Of a DNA stretch of 64,000 nucleotides, positions 45,712 through 55,808 are shown piece after piece. The DNA lies in NCBI GenBank assembly GCA_040387195.1, contig JAZKEF010000011.1, positions 172,077 through 236,076 on the forward strand, read 5' to 3'. The notes below the pieces were generated by a model that did not search any database, had not been told where the DNA came from, and was given only the letters and a program-made list of their open reading frames with translations. The translations under genes were made by a program, and so were the position numbers. How positions within the stretch are numbered: position 1 is the first letter of the stretch; the number at the start of each line of letters is the position of its first letter. Source of the DNA: Bacteroidota bacterium. Lineage in GTDB: Bacteria > Bacteroidota > Bacteroidia > UKL13-3.

Positions 45712-46073
45712 AACTCTGCCATTGGATTAGGGTAATTGTCGCTTTGGTCTTCAGTAGTATTATCCAGGCACACAAAGTCTTTTTCAAGTAATAAATACAA
45801 AGATTCCCCATCAGGCAAAGGCATATTGCTTTCGTATCCCACACGTTCTGTGGCCAGCCATTCTTCCGCCCATTTTACCGGCATCTTCATGGTAACTTTG
45901 TTGTTCTCAAATGAAGCCGACAAGGCATCCTGTTCACTTTGCTGCAATGCATACGTGAGGTTGGCGGTACCGAATGAAGTATGTTCTTCCAAATATCCTT
46001 CTACGCCAAAACGGTCAACCTCCGAGCGGGTTAAACGTACACGAATGGAATTTCCTTTGATACGAATTTTCAT
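45702..46073 (-). CDS. Hypothetical protein, 123 aa.
   Basis: No motif recognised. Its 3' end overlaps the nth 3' end by 10 nt (convergent). Confidence 0.4.
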   Translation of the reverse strand: MKIRIKGNSIRVRLTRSEVDRFGVEGYLEEHTSFGTANLTYALQQSEQDALSASFENNKVTMKMPVKWAEEWLATERVGYESNMPLPDGESLYLLLEKDFVCLDNTTEDQSDNYPNPMAEFHK

Positions 46074-46243
46074 GGCACTAATGTAGGGAATTTGTTGAGT
46101 ATGTTAATTATTTCGCCAGGTTAATAGTGACAAATCTCAAGACTTGATAAACATTGACAATGCCTAATCCCCTAATCTCAAATTAACATGCCCAACATTA
46201 TTAACACATTCAACATACTCAACAAATTCCGTATTTTCGCTGC

Positions 46244-47689
46244 ATGCAAAAAATTCAGAACTATATCGATGGGGCATTAGTTGAGCCGGCATCCAAACAG
46301 TATATTGATAATTTTGATCCGTCAACAGGTACTGTATATTCATTATGTCCCGATAGTGATGAACGTGATGTTGATAATGCCTACAAAGCTGCCGAAGCCG
46401 CTTTTTTGGGCTGGAGCAATACTCCTGCTGATAAACGCAGTAAAGTGATGTTGCGGATTGCTGAGTTACTCGAAAGGAACCTGGATAAATTTGCCGAAGC
46501 AGAAACCATTGACCAGGGAAAACCGTTGTGGTTATCTAAAAATGGGGAGATTCCCCGTGCCATCAGCAATATTCATTTTTTTGGAACCGCAATCGAACAT
46601 TATGCCAGTGAAGCACATCCTATGGGGGAACACGCCATTAACTATACAACCCGCACACCCATTGGTGTTGTAGGCTGTATCTCACCATGGAACTTGCCGT
46701 TGTATTTGTTTACCTGGAAAATAGCTCCGGCCATTGCATCCGGAAATTGTGTAGTAGCCAAACCTTCGGAAGTAACCCCCATGACTGCTTTTTTGCTAAG
46801 TGAAATTTGTATTGAAGCCGGATTGCCGAAAGGAGTATTGAACATTGTACACGGCCTCGGACCAAAGGTAGGAAGTGCCATGACGGTGCATCCGGGAATT
46901 AAAGCCATTTCATTTACGGGTGGTACCAAAACCGGTGCCGAGATTGCCCGTATTGCCGCTCCAATGTTCAAAAAACTATCCCTGGAACTGGGAGGCAAAA
47001 ACCCGAACATGATATTTGCAGATTGTGATTTTGATAAAATGCTTACCGAAACGGTTCGCTCATCATTCCTCAACCAGGGTGAAATTTGTTTGTGTGGTTC
47101 CCGCATTTTTGTAGAACGTCCGATTTATGAAAAATTTAAAAAGGCATTCGTTGAAAAGGTCAAAGCCGAACTTGTTGTAGGAGATCCATTGGCCGCTCAA
47201 ACCAAAACAGGAGCTATTGTTAGTCATATGCATTTCGAAAAAGTATTGAGTTATATTGAACTTGCTAAACAGGAGGGAGGAACCATTTTGTGTGGAGGCA
47301 AGGCTATTCAACCCGAAGGTAGATGCGCTACAGGATGGTTTATTGAACCTACCGTAATAGAAGGTTTAGCTTATGATTGCCGCACCAACCAGGAAGAAAT
47401 ATTTGGCCCCGTTGTAACCATTACACCTTTTGATACTGAAGAAGAGGTGTTGATGATGGCGAACTCAACCGAGTATGGTTTGGCAAGCGTATTATGGACC
47501 GAAAACCTAACACGGGCACATAGAATGGCCGGAAAAATTAAAGCCGGAATTGTTTGGATCAACTGTTGGCTGTTGCGCGACTTACGCACTCCGTTTGGTG
47601 GAGTAAAAAGCAGTGGGGTAGGCCGTGAAGGTGGTTGGGAAGCTTTGCGATTTTTTACGGAAGCTAAAAATGTATGTATAAAGCTCTAG
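46244..47689 (+). CDS. NAD(P)+-dependent aldehyde dehydrogenase family protein.
   Basis: ELGGKNP (catalytic Glu), catalytic Cys in GEICLCGSR, and EEIFGPV. Confidence 0.85.
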   Translation: MQKIQNYIDGALVEPASKQYIDNFDPSTGTVYSLCPDSDERDVDNAYKAAEAAFLGWSNTPADKRSKVMLRIAELLERNLDKFAEAETIDQGKPLWLSKNGEIPRAISNIHFFGTAIEHYASEAHPMGEHAINYTTRTPIGVVGCISPWNLPLYLFTWKIAPAIASGNCVVAKPSEVTPMTAFLLSEICIEAGLPKGVLNIVHGLGPKVGSAMTVHPGIKAISFTGGTKTGAEIARIAAPMFKKLSLELGGKNPNMIFADCDFDKMLTETVRSSFLNQGEICLCGSRIFVERPIYEKFKKAFVEKVKAELVVGDPLAAQTKTGAIVSHMHFEKVLSYIELAKQEGGTILCGGKAIQPEGRCATGWFIEPTVIEGLAYDCRTNQEEIFGPVVTITPFDTEEEVLMMANSTEYGLASVLWTENLTRAHRMAGKIKAGIVWINCWLLRDLRTPFGGVKSSGVGREGGWEALRFFTEAKNVCIKL

Positions 47690-47691
47690 GA

Positions 47692-48450
47692 TTACACTCC
47701 TATAGCTAATCTTATTTTACTTACAAGGCTGTGTTGTGGCTTTTCATAGCTGTTTACACCATCTGTTTTTTGCCAGATCGAAAAATACTCAAGCTTGTTG
47801 TGCTCACCTATATTTTCCATTACGAGCTGCGCATGTATCCCAAGTTTCTCAAAGCAGGTGAGCAGAAACTGTTGAAACGAACCAGAGTCCCAAACGTGTG
47901 CATGTTCTCTCCTGTTTTTGACACTGATAATTGCCTGCTGTAATTCTGCTTCGGATTTCTCCAATACTTCGGGATGCACCCCTTTAATAAAGTCTAAATA
48001 ATGGTCATCGGTAACTTCCGTAACTTTCTGTTCGTATTCCGACCATAAATGTGCAAAAGGAGTGAGGTCGCGTTTTCGGTCGAACGTATAATTTTTATCG
48101 GGTGCAGCAATCAATATCAATCCCCCCTTTTTGCATACCCTGAAAAGTTCGTCCACTACATTGATCGGGTTGGCTACGTGTTCAATCACATGACTTAAAA
48201 TTACAAAATCATATACCTCATTCCCTATACTTTTTAAGCCGCTTTTATCAAGGTCGATAATATATTTTACATCAACAAGTTTGCTTCCGTCTATTTCAGG
48301 GAAAAGTTTTTTTGCTTCCTCCTTTGAAATAGCATCTGCATAGTCAACGTCACAACCGGTTGGTAGAATTGTATGTTCGTGCAGTGCACCAATTTCCAAG
48401 CCCTTACCACGCATTAATTTCCAACCTAATTTTCGGTGACTTAAATTCAT
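47692..48450 (-). CDS. Class I SAM-dependent methyltransferase.
   Basis: Motif I LEIGALHEHT-like Rossmann start, motif II/III (LILIAAPD). About 252 aa. Confidence 0.6.
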   Translation of the reverse strand: MNLSHRKLGWKLMRGKGLEIGALHEHTILPTGCDVDYADAISKEEAKKLFPEIDGSKLVDVKYIIDLDKSGLKSIGNEVYDFVILSHVIEHVANPINVVDELFRVCKKGGLILIAAPDKNYTFDRKRDLTPFAHLWSEYEQKVTEVTDDHYLDFIKGVHPEVLEKSEAELQQAIISVKNRREHAHVWDSGSFQQFLLTCFEKLGIHAQLVMENIGEHNKLEYFSIWQKTDGVNSYEKPQHSLVSKIRLAIGV

Positions 48451-48535
48451 AATTTATCGTATTTACCTGCAATATTATTCGATTTAAGTAATTATCAATT
48501 ATCAATACTATCTTTACGCTAGTAAATTATAGACT

Positions 48536-48973
48536 ATGAATACGTTATATTATAAAGAAATATACTTAAGGGACATTCAGAAATTGCATGATGAAATTGT
48601 CCAATATCCAACAGATGAGTCGTTATGGGTAATACAACAGGGCGTCAGCAATTCGGGTGGAAATTTGTGTTTGCACCTTATAGGGAATTTACATCACTTT
48701 ATTGGTGCCATATTGGGCAAAACAGGTTATGTGCGCAACCGCGAGGCTGAGTTTGCAACCAAGGGACTGACTAAACATGAATTGCTGGTGATGATCAGTG
48801 AAACACAGGCTATGTTACAATTAACGTTTCCGATGCTTACGGAGGCTGATCTGGAAAAGGAATACCCGGTAGACTTTTTTGGTAAACGAACAACAGCATG
48901 GTATCTCAATCAGTTTCTCCTGCATTTTCAATACCATTTAGGGCAAATCAATTACCACCGCAGAATAGGGTAA
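48536..48973 (+). CDS. DinB/YfiT-like (DinB_2, DUF1572) metal-dependent enzyme. In Firmicutes this fold includes bacillithiol S-transferases.
   Basis: Four-helix bundle His triad candidates (HLIGNLHHF...H) at typical positions. 145 aa. Confidence 0.55.
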   Translation: MNTLYYKEIYLRDIQKLHDEIVQYPTDESLWVIQQGVSNSGGNLCLHLIGNLHHFIGAILGKTGYVRNREAEFATKGLTKHELLVMISETQAMLQLTFPMLTEADLEKEYPVDFFGKRTTAWYLNQFLLHFQYHLGQINYHRRIG

Positions 48974-49086
48974 TGTGGACAAAGAGGAAAGTAGGCAAAT
49001 GAAATACAAAATTTAACTGACTAACATTAACGTCAGCCGCTGTTATTATCGAATGTTCAAACAACAATGAGTTTTATATTTAAGAA

Positions 49087-49125
49087 TCAATAACTCAATA
49101 ACAGAGTAATCAATAACTACTCAAC
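49087..49125. repeat. Tandem octamer repeat TCAATAAC (x2 tandem, 1 spaced, 1 degenerate), equivalently GTTATTGA on the minus strand. It abuts the stop codon of the GT4 gene.
   Basis: tcaataac tcaataac agagtaa tcaataac tactcaac. Same family as the heptamer arrays at 41971 and 58362. Confidence 0.8.
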
Positions 49126-50268
49126 CTTCCCCAACTCCTTGTACAAAGTAATGAGTTTGGCTTCCTCATGTGCCCAGTTATATACCGTCTCTGCTGCCTT
49201 TACTCCGTTCGAAGCATATTCATTGAGACGGGTAGAGTGGAAGAAGAGTTCATTCAATGCCCGGGCAATTTCCTGCTCATTATCAATTGCCACATATTTT
49301 CCAAGGGTATAACGGTCAATAATATCTTTATAAATATGGTAGTTGCAGGAAAGTATCGGAAGTCCGGTAGCCATGTATTCAAAAAACTTGCGTTCGTGTG
49401 ATAATAGAATTTCTTCGGGTTGATTTTTTAAACATAAGCCAACTTTACATTTTTTCGAAATCTCGTAGCCCTCATCAGTACTCAGGTAACCATAAAAGTG
49501 TAATTGATCTTTCACTTCGTGGTATTCAGCAAGTTTGCTCAGGATAGTATCAATATATTTTCCCTTGTATCCTACACAATGAAATTGGATTGTTTTTCCT
49601 TGTTGCTTCAGTAGATGCAAGGCTTTAATAACAGGAATCAGATCATAATAATAATCATACACTGTGCCAATGTAAAAGAGGTTGTTCTCAGCAATAGGTT
49701 GACGGTCGGTTACCCTGTATGCATTAAACTGATCAAACTCGGCAAAATTTTGAATGATTACATGTTTTCGGGTAATGAAACGGTTTACAAACTCTGGTTT
49801 TGCAATCACCAATATAGTCGACATGGTTTGTGCCGAAATCCATTCCAGAATCTTAAACATAAATCCAAGTATCCACCTGAACGCGTTTAAAATCCAAGGT
49901 TTACGCATAATATCCTCATACGTATTTTCATGGATGTCATAGATTACCTTTTTACCGCTCACTGCAAAAAGAAAAGCAAAGGGAATCAGTTCGGCATCAT
50001 GAATATGGTATATGTCGGCACGTTGTTTTAAGGCCAGAAAAAACACCTTCCAGGTAGTGAACAGCAGGCGGTAAATACGGTTGGCCGGTTTGGGAACGGC
50101 AATTACATTCACACCATTCAATACGCCACTTTTAGTGCCAATACCAATATACGTTACATCAAAAAATTTGGCCAGTGAGGTGCATTCGCGGTGAAACACC
50201 CTGGTATCAGTAGTGGTGTGGACACTAGCAAAATGGCACACCTTAAGTTTGTGTGCCGGCTTAGTCAT
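49117..50268 (-). CDS. Glycosyltransferase family 4 (GT-B fold).
   Basis: EX7E motif region ...HERKFFEYMATGLPIL.... Overlaps the upstream GT4 by 8 nt. Confidence 0.75.
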   Translation of the reverse strand: MTKPAHKLKVCHFASVHTTTDTRVFHRECTSLAKFFDVTYIGIGTKSGVLNGVNVIAVPKPANRIYRLLFTTWKVFFLALKQRADIYHIHDAELIPFAFLFAVSGKKVIYDIHENTYEDIMRKPWILNAFRWILGFMFKILEWISAQTMSTILVIAKPEFVNRFITRKHVIIQNFAEFDQFNAYRVTDRQPIAENNLFYIGTVYDYYYDLIPVIKALHLLKQQGKTIQFHCVGYKGKYIDTILSKLAEYHEVKDQLHFYGYLSTDEGYEISKKCKVGLCLKNQPEEILLSHERKFFEYMATGLPILSCNYHIYKDIIDRYTLGKYVAIDNEQEIARALNELFFHSTRLNEYASNGVKAAETVYNWAHEEAKLITLYKELGKVE

Positions 50269-51391
50269 TTGTTAAGTGTAAGAGTTCGTTGCAGAGGTAG
50301 GTCCAGGTAAACTTCTGCTTTTCTATTTTCAGGTTTTCAATAAAAAAGGATTCCTGCTGGTCGTTGTAAAAACGAATGATCGCATTAGCCACATCTGTTT
50401 TATCAACATTCACAATATACCCAACCTTGTTATCGGGAACCAATTCGGCCAATCCGCCTACGTTGGTTACAATCATCGGTTTGTTATAGTAATAGGCAAT
50501 TTGGGTAACACCACTTTGTGTGGCATTCAAATAGGTTTGGATCACAACATCTGCTGCACAGAAATAATTGGAGACTTCACTGTTCGGAATAAAATCGTTG
50601 CTTAATATGACCGTATCGGTTAATCCCAGCGCCTTTATCTGGTCAATATAGGGTTGAGCATCTTCATAAAACTCACCGGCAACAATCAGTTTGCAACCAA
50701 GTTGTTTGACACGCTCATCTGCAAATGCCTCCAGTAACAAATGCAGTCCTTTATATTTCCGGATGAATCCGAAGAACAACAAATACTTTTGGTCGGCATC
50801 CAATCCGAGGATTTTCCGTGCTTCCGGTTTGCTTTTTTCGACACCGAACATGTCGTACATGGGGTGTGCAACATACCGTGCCGGTTTGTACTGATTAAGC
50901 TGTTTTAGTTGACCCAGAACGGAGTGCGACATAGTTAAAAATCCATCGCAAGCAGATGAAAAATACCGGGTAAACGGGGTGTCGAAAAACTTACGTTCGT
51001 GCGGAATGATATTATCCGTGATGGCTAAAATACGGGTGTGTTTGTTTGCCCTTACAAAACGTGCAATGGTTCCTAAAGCAGGTGCCATAAAACTCATCCA
51101 ATACCTGAAAATAACAATATCGTATTTGGCCATCCGGATCTTGCGCCCTACCGAAATCCAGTTAAATGGATTGATGGAATTTATTTCTGTGAGGATATTC
51201 AGATCATCGGGAGGAGCATCGGTAGAGAATTGTGTTTTTCCCGGAAAGAGCAACGAAGGGTATTGCAGCGAAAAACTCAGGATATCGCATTGATGTCCCA
51301 TCGCTTTAAATTCGCGAGCCAGTCGTTCGTTATAAGTAGCAAGCCCGCCACGTAAAGGATAAGCAGGACCTACAATTAAAATTTTACTCAA
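50261..51391 (-). CDS. Glycosyltransferase family 4 (GT-B fold).
   Basis: GGLATYNERLAREF N-terminal glycine loop, C-terminal ...GGLAELV.... Overlaps the GT2 by 8 nt. Confidence 0.75.
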   Translation of the reverse strand: MSKILIVGPAYPLRGGLATYNERLAREFKAMGHQCDILSFSLQYPSLLFPGKTQFSTDAPPDDLNILTEINSINPFNWISVGRKIRMAKYDIVIFRYWMSFMAPALGTIARFVRANKHTRILAITDNIIPHERKFFDTPFTRYFSSACDGFLTMSHSVLGQLKQLNQYKPARYVAHPMYDMFGVEKSKPEARKILGLDADQKYLLFFGFIRKYKGLHLLLEAFADERVKQLGCKLIVAGEFYEDAQPYIDQIKALGLTDTVILSNDFIPNSEVSNYFCAADVVIQTYLNATQSGVTQIAYYYNKPMIVTNVGGLAELVPDNKVGYIVNVDKTDVANAIIRFYNDQQESFFIENLKIEKQKFTWTYLCNELLHLTND

Positions 51392-52352
51392 ATCCTATCT
51401 TTTGTTTGATGCCATAACTGTTTCTTTCTGAAGCATTGCGCGAAATCATTTCGCCCAAAAAGCCTGCTAAAAAGAGCTGAACGCCAATGATGGTGGTTAC
51501 CAATGCCAAATAAAATAAAGGCTGGTCCGTTACACTGCGTTCATAAACCTGGTGGTATGAATTGTATATTTTTTCACCAATGAGGTAAAGGGTAAGGAAA
51601 AATCCGGAGAAAAAAGCCAGTGTACCCAATACCCCAAAAAAGTGCATCGGACGTTTTCCGAACTTGGATACAAAAAAGATGGTCAGCAAATCCAGAAATC
51701 CATTGATAAAACGTTCGAGTCCGAATTTGGTGGTGCCATACTTCCGTTCCCGGTGCGCCACTTCTTTTTCGGTGATCTTTCTAAAACCGGCCCATTTGGC
51801 TATCACCGGAATATACCGGTGCATTTCATTATAAACCTCAATATTCTTCACCACTTCACTGTCGTATGATTTGAGACCGCAGTTAAAATCATGCAGGTTA
51901 TCAATACCGCTCATTTTGCGTGTGGCCCAGTTAAACAATTTGGTCGGAAGGGTTTTACTGATCGGATCGTACCGTTTCTTTTTCCATCCGCTCACAATAT
52001 CATAACCATCATCCACAATCATTTTATAGAGTGCAGGAATTTCATCGGGAGAGTCCTGTAAATCGGCATCCATCGTAATCACTACCTTGCCAATACATTC
52101 CTGAAAACCGATATTTAATGCAGCCGATTTTCCATAATTTCTTCTGAAACGGATGCCTTTTACCAACGGGTTTTTGGCCCGCAGTCCCATTATCACCTCC
52201 CACGACTTATCGGTACTGCCGTCATCCATCATGATGATTTCGTAGGTAAAGGCATTTTCACTCATCACCCTTTCAATCCATTGCACCAGTTCGGGCAATG
52301 ATTCTTCCTCGTTTATAAGTGGGATGATGACAGATATATCTGGTTTCGTCAT
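51384..52352 (-). CDS. GT2 polyprenol-phosphate glycosyltransferase (GtrB/ArnC/Dpm1-like) with a C-terminal two-helix membrane anchor.
   Basis: VIIPLINEEESL, MDDGSTD (DxD region), MDADLQDSP, then two TM helices (LGTLAFFSGFFLTLYLI, LFYLALVTTIIGVQLFLAGFL). Confidence 0.8.
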   Translation of the reverse strand: MTKPDISVIIPLINEEESLPELVQWIERVMSENAFTYEIIMMDDGSTDKSWEVIMGLRAKNPLVKGIRFRRNYGKSAALNIGFQECIGKVVITMDADLQDSPDEIPALYKMIVDDGYDIVSGWKKKRYDPISKTLPTKLFNWATRKMSGIDNLHDFNCGLKSYDSEVVKNIEVYNEMHRYIPVIAKWAGFRKITEKEVAHRERKYGTTKFGLERFINGFLDLLTIFFVSKFGKRPMHFFGVLGTLAFFSGFFLTLYLIGEKIYNSYHQVYERSVTDQPLFYLALVTTIIGVQLFLAGFLGEMISRNASERNSYGIKQKIGFE

Positions 52353-52353
52353 G

Positions 52354-52911
52354 TTATTGGATCTCGTCTAACGGTTTGTTTTTGGTACGGACAATCAGCG
52401 CAATAATTAACGAAGGAATGGCGCCAAAAAGTACACTTGAAATATACTGTGATCCTAGTCGTGCAGGCGATTGGGAGAAGTCTTGTTCCTGCAAAGGAGC
52501 AATAGCCTTTTCAATATCTTCCTGACTTGAACTGAATTTCTCCATCAGCGTTACTGTTTTTTCAATCGCTTTTTCCTTGATAAATTCTGAGAGGCTCGGA
52601 TCAATAAGATTGTATAATACATAGTTGAAAACAGTTGTTACCAAAGCACCACCGGCAAAAGTGATGAGGCATATCAGGAAAGCTTCCTTAAAATCAATAG
52701 AACCGCCATTCAGTGATTTGTAATTGCGTGCGGGTAAAACCATCAATACAATACTAATAACTATCATCACGCCACCAACTGCAAAAGATACCAGCAGGTT
52801 TTTGTCGATTGCATATAACAGCAGGTAAATAACGACCTGGGTAAAACCTAAAATAAGGCCGAATTTCATGCCTTGGTGTAATAGTGTTGGTTTTTGAGCG
52901 TCCATGTTCAT
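52354..52911 (-). CDS. DUF4199 four-TM membrane protein, first gene of the GT operon.
   Basis: Four predicted TM helices with a roughly 50-aa loop. A 1-nt gap separates it from the GT2 gene. Annotated as DUF4199 from family memory. Confidence 0.55.
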   Translation of the reverse strand: MNMDAQKPTLLHQGMKFGLILGFTQVVIYLLLYAIDKNLLVSFAVGGVMIVISIVLMVLPARNYKSLNGGSIDFKEAFLICLITFAGGALVTTVFNYVLYNLIDPSLSEFIKEKAIEKTVTLMEKFSSSQEDIEKAIAPLQEQDFSQSPARLGSQYISSVLFGAIPSLIIALIVRTKNKPLDEIQ

Positions 52912-52963
52912 AGTTGGGAGTGTTTAGTGGTTCAAATAAAACATTTTTATAGATTAAAACGGA

Positions 52964-53815
52964 ATGAAAAGGAATCATATTTTTGTTTTTGAAATGAAAC
53001 GAGTTTTTACCGACCAAATGAACAGGAGCGTGGAGGTGGAGTGGCCTCCCCAACGCATCGTATCGCTTGTGCCTTCCCAAACAGAGTTGTTGTATGATTT
53101 GGGTCTTCACAATGAGGTAGTTGGGCAAACGCTCTTCTGTATCCATCCTGCCGAAATGTTTGAGGTGAAACCCCGTGTAGGTGGTACAAAAAACTTTAAA
53201 CAGGATAAAATTGCCGCCTTGGCACCAGATTTAATTATAGGGAATAAAGAAGAAAATGATCAGACCGGCATTGAAGAATTGGCCAAATCGTATCCCGTTT
53301 GGATGAGTGATATCCAAACCCTAGATGAGGCATTGGACATGATCCGGCAAATTGGTATGGTTGTGGACCGTGTCGAAAAGGCACAATTTATTGTGTCTCA
53401 AATCCAACAATCATATACAGCTCTGCCTGTCAACAGCCAACAACCAACATTTATCCAGCCAACGGCAGGAGCCAACTGCCTGTATTTAATCTGGCGCAAC
53501 CCCTGGATGGCAGCCGGCCACGATACTTTTATCAATGATATGCTCAACCGTTTGGGTTTTAACAATGTTGTACAATCGTTCGCATCACGTTACCCGGAAG
53601 TAACACCGGAGCAATTGCAGCAACTTCAACCCGATATTATTTTCCTGTCTTCGGAGCCCTATCCGTTTAAAGAAAAACATATACAGGAATTGCAACAACT
53701 TTGTCCGCAAGCCACCATTACACTGGTGGATGGAGAGTTATTCAGCTGGTATGGAAGCAGACTGGTACATTCTGCAACATATTTTAAAGAGCTTCTTTCC
53801 AGGCTTCCCAAATAA
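52964..53815 (+). CDS. Helical-backbone (TroA/BtuF/FecB-like, class III) substrate-binding protein.
   Basis: ...RIVSLVPSQTELLYDLGL...VVGQT...PDLIIGNKEEN... is typical of the BtuF/FhuD fold. No obvious signal peptide in the track ORF, so the start is uncertain. Confidence 0.5.
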   Translation: MKRNHIFVFEMKRVFTDQMNRSVEVEWPPQRIVSLVPSQTELLYDLGLHNEVVGQTLFCIHPAEMFEVKPRVGGTKNFKQDKIAALAPDLIIGNKEENDQTGIEELAKSYPVWMSDIQTLDEALDMIRQIGMVVDRVEKAQFIVSQIQQSYTALPVNSQQPTFIQPTAGANCLYLIWRNPWMAAGHDTFINDMLNRLGFNNVVQSFASRYPEVTPEQLQQLQPDIIFLSSEPYPFKEKHIQELQQLCPQATITLVDGELFSWYGSRLVHSATYFKELLSRLPK

Positions 53816-53834
53816 ACGGTTACTTTTGCCGGGC

Positions 53835-54731
53835 ATGAACAAACAAACTTCGCTTAATGCATGGCTGGCTTATGCGGCCGTTGCCTTTTTCTGGGGAACC
53901 ACCTTTTTTGCCATTCGTGTTGGGGTTGAAACTTTTCCACCTTTTTTAATGGCTGGTTTCCGACACAGCATCGGAGGAATTTTAATTTGTGGCTATTTCC
54001 TCATGCGGGGCTATAAGATACCACCTCTTAAGGATCTGAAAGTATTTGCCATTAATGGAATGCTAATGTTGGTACTCGGAAACGGACTCGTTACCTGGGC
54101 CGAACAGTATGTAAGCAGTGGACTGGCAGCGTTGATCTGTTCACTCACACCCATCTGGATCATCTGGATCAACTCCATCAGCGGCAAAAAGGAAAAATTC
54201 AACCTCATGGTCATTTCCGGAATTGTATTGTGCCTGGCCGGACAGCTCCTTATTTTTAAAGATAACCTGAAAGAGTTTGCCGACCCCAATTATACGCTTG
54301 GAATCATTTTTATTTTGATTGCAAACCTTACCTGGGCCATTGGAACAGTGTATTCCAAAAACAACCAGACAGGTGTACATCCTTTATTTGGTGCGGGTTT
54401 ACAAATGATATGCGGAGGCTTTGTATTGGATGTGGTAGGAACAGGCATGGGCGAATGGAGCCGGATGCACCCCTCAACTGAAGGCATTTGGGCCCTGGCT
54501 TACTTAGTGGTGTTTGGTTCCATCATTGCATATGGAGCTTATATGTATGTGCTCAAACAATTACCGGCCACCATTGTAAGTACCTACGCATATGTAAACA
54601 CCATTGTGGCCGTGTTGCTGGGCTGGTGGGTGCTTGATGAACCGTTGAATGCCATAATCTGGACGGCAGTGGTGCTAACCCTAGCAGGAGTGTACCTCGT
54701 AAACAGGAGCTTTCAGCAAAAAAGTCAGTAA
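53835..54731 (+). CDS. EamA/DMT-superfamily transporter.
   Basis: 10 TM helices with duplicated EamA halves (FFWGTTFFAIR..., ...LGWWVLDEPL). Start trimmed to M36 (MNKQTSL). Confidence 0.75.
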   Translation: MNKQTSLNAWLAYAAVAFFWGTTFFAIRVGVETFPPFLMAGFRHSIGGILICGYFLMRGYKIPPLKDLKVFAINGMLMLVLGNGLVTWAEQYVSSGLAALICSLTPIWIIWINSISGKKEKFNLMVISGIVLCLAGQLLIFKDNLKEFADPNYTLGIIFILIANLTWAIGTVYSKNNQTGVHPLFGAGLQMICGGFVLDVVGTGMGEWSRMHPSTEGIWALAYLVVFGSIIAYGAYMYVLKQLPATIVSTYAYVNTIVAVLLGWWVLDEPLNAIIWTAVVLTLAGVYLVNRSFQQKSQ

Positions 54732-54828
54732 CCAGGGTCGTCTTAAATCAAAACAGGAATAGTTTTGTTTATAACTATTGAACAACTGTACCTGTACAGA
54801 AAATAATTTTACAGCTTTAAAAATTTAA

Positions 54829-55794
54829 GTGAACATGTCGAATACTCCAGAAAAAATTGAATGCCTTATTATCGGAAGCGGACCAGCGGGTTATACAGCC
54901 GCTATTTATGCAGCGCGTGCGGATATGAAGCCGGTGGTTTATGCAGGAATGCAACCGGGCGGACAGCTTACCATTACAACAGATGTTGAAAATTACCCGG
55001 GATATCCCGATGGAATTATGGGACCCGAAATGATGGAAAACTTCCGCAAACAGGCAGAGCGTTTGGGAACAGAGGTGCGTTATGGTATGGTTACCAAAGT
55101 AGATTTTACCGGAAAGCCGCCTTATAAAATCCAGGTGGATGAGAAGCATGAAATTTTAGCAGAAACTATCATTATTTCAACAGGCGCATCAGCCAAATGG
55201 TTGGGCATTCCTTCCGAGGAAAAACTAAACGGAAGAGGTGTTTCGGCTTGTGCGGTGTGTGATGGATTTTTCTTCCGCGGAAAGGATGTAGCAATTGTAG
55301 GAGCAGGTGATACCGCTTGTGAGGAAGCAAGTTACCTTGCTAAAATATGTAATAAAGTATACATGATTGTGCGCAGGGATGAGTTCCGCGCTTCGAAGGC
55401 CATGCAACACCGTGTGGAGAACACTCCGAATATTGAAATTTTGTTCAACTCGGAAACGGATGAGATCCTGGGTGAAAACAAGGTAGAAGGTGTGCGTGTA
55501 AAAAATACCAAAACAGGCGAAACCAAAGAGTTTACTGCACAAGGATTTTTTGTGGCTATTGGTCACCAGCCCAACACCGAAATCTTTAAAGAATTTATTA
55601 CCATGGATGAAACAGGTTATATCATTACCCAACCGGATTCATCCAGAACAAATATAGAAGGTGTATTTGCCTGTGGCGATGCCCAGGATAAAGTATACCG
55701 TCAGGCTGTAACAGCGGCCGGAACAGGATGTATGGCTGCATTGGATGCAGAACGTTACCTCTCGGCCAAACATGCTGCTGCTGGAGCACACTAA
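54829..55794 (+). CDS. trxB: Thioredoxin-disulfide reductase.
   Basis: GSGPAGYTAAIYAARA FAD motif, redox-active CAVCDG, and NADPH motif GAGDTACEEA. Confidence 0.9.
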   Translation: MNMSNTPEKIECLIIGSGPAGYTAAIYAARADMKPVVYAGMQPGGQLTITTDVENYPGYPDGIMGPEMMENFRKQAERLGTEVRYGMVTKVDFTGKPPYKIQVDEKHEILAETIIISTGASAKWLGIPSEEKLNGRGVSACAVCDGFFFRGKDVAIVGAGDTACEEASYLAKICNKVYMIVRRDEFRASKAMQHRVENTPNIEILFNSETDEILGENKVEGVRVKNTKTGETKEFTAQGFFVAIGHQPNTEIFKEFITMDETGYIITQPDSSRTNIEGVFACGDAQDKVYRQAVTAAGTGCMAALDAERYLSAKHAAAGAH

Positions 55795-55808
55795 CCCAAA
55801 TCAAACCC

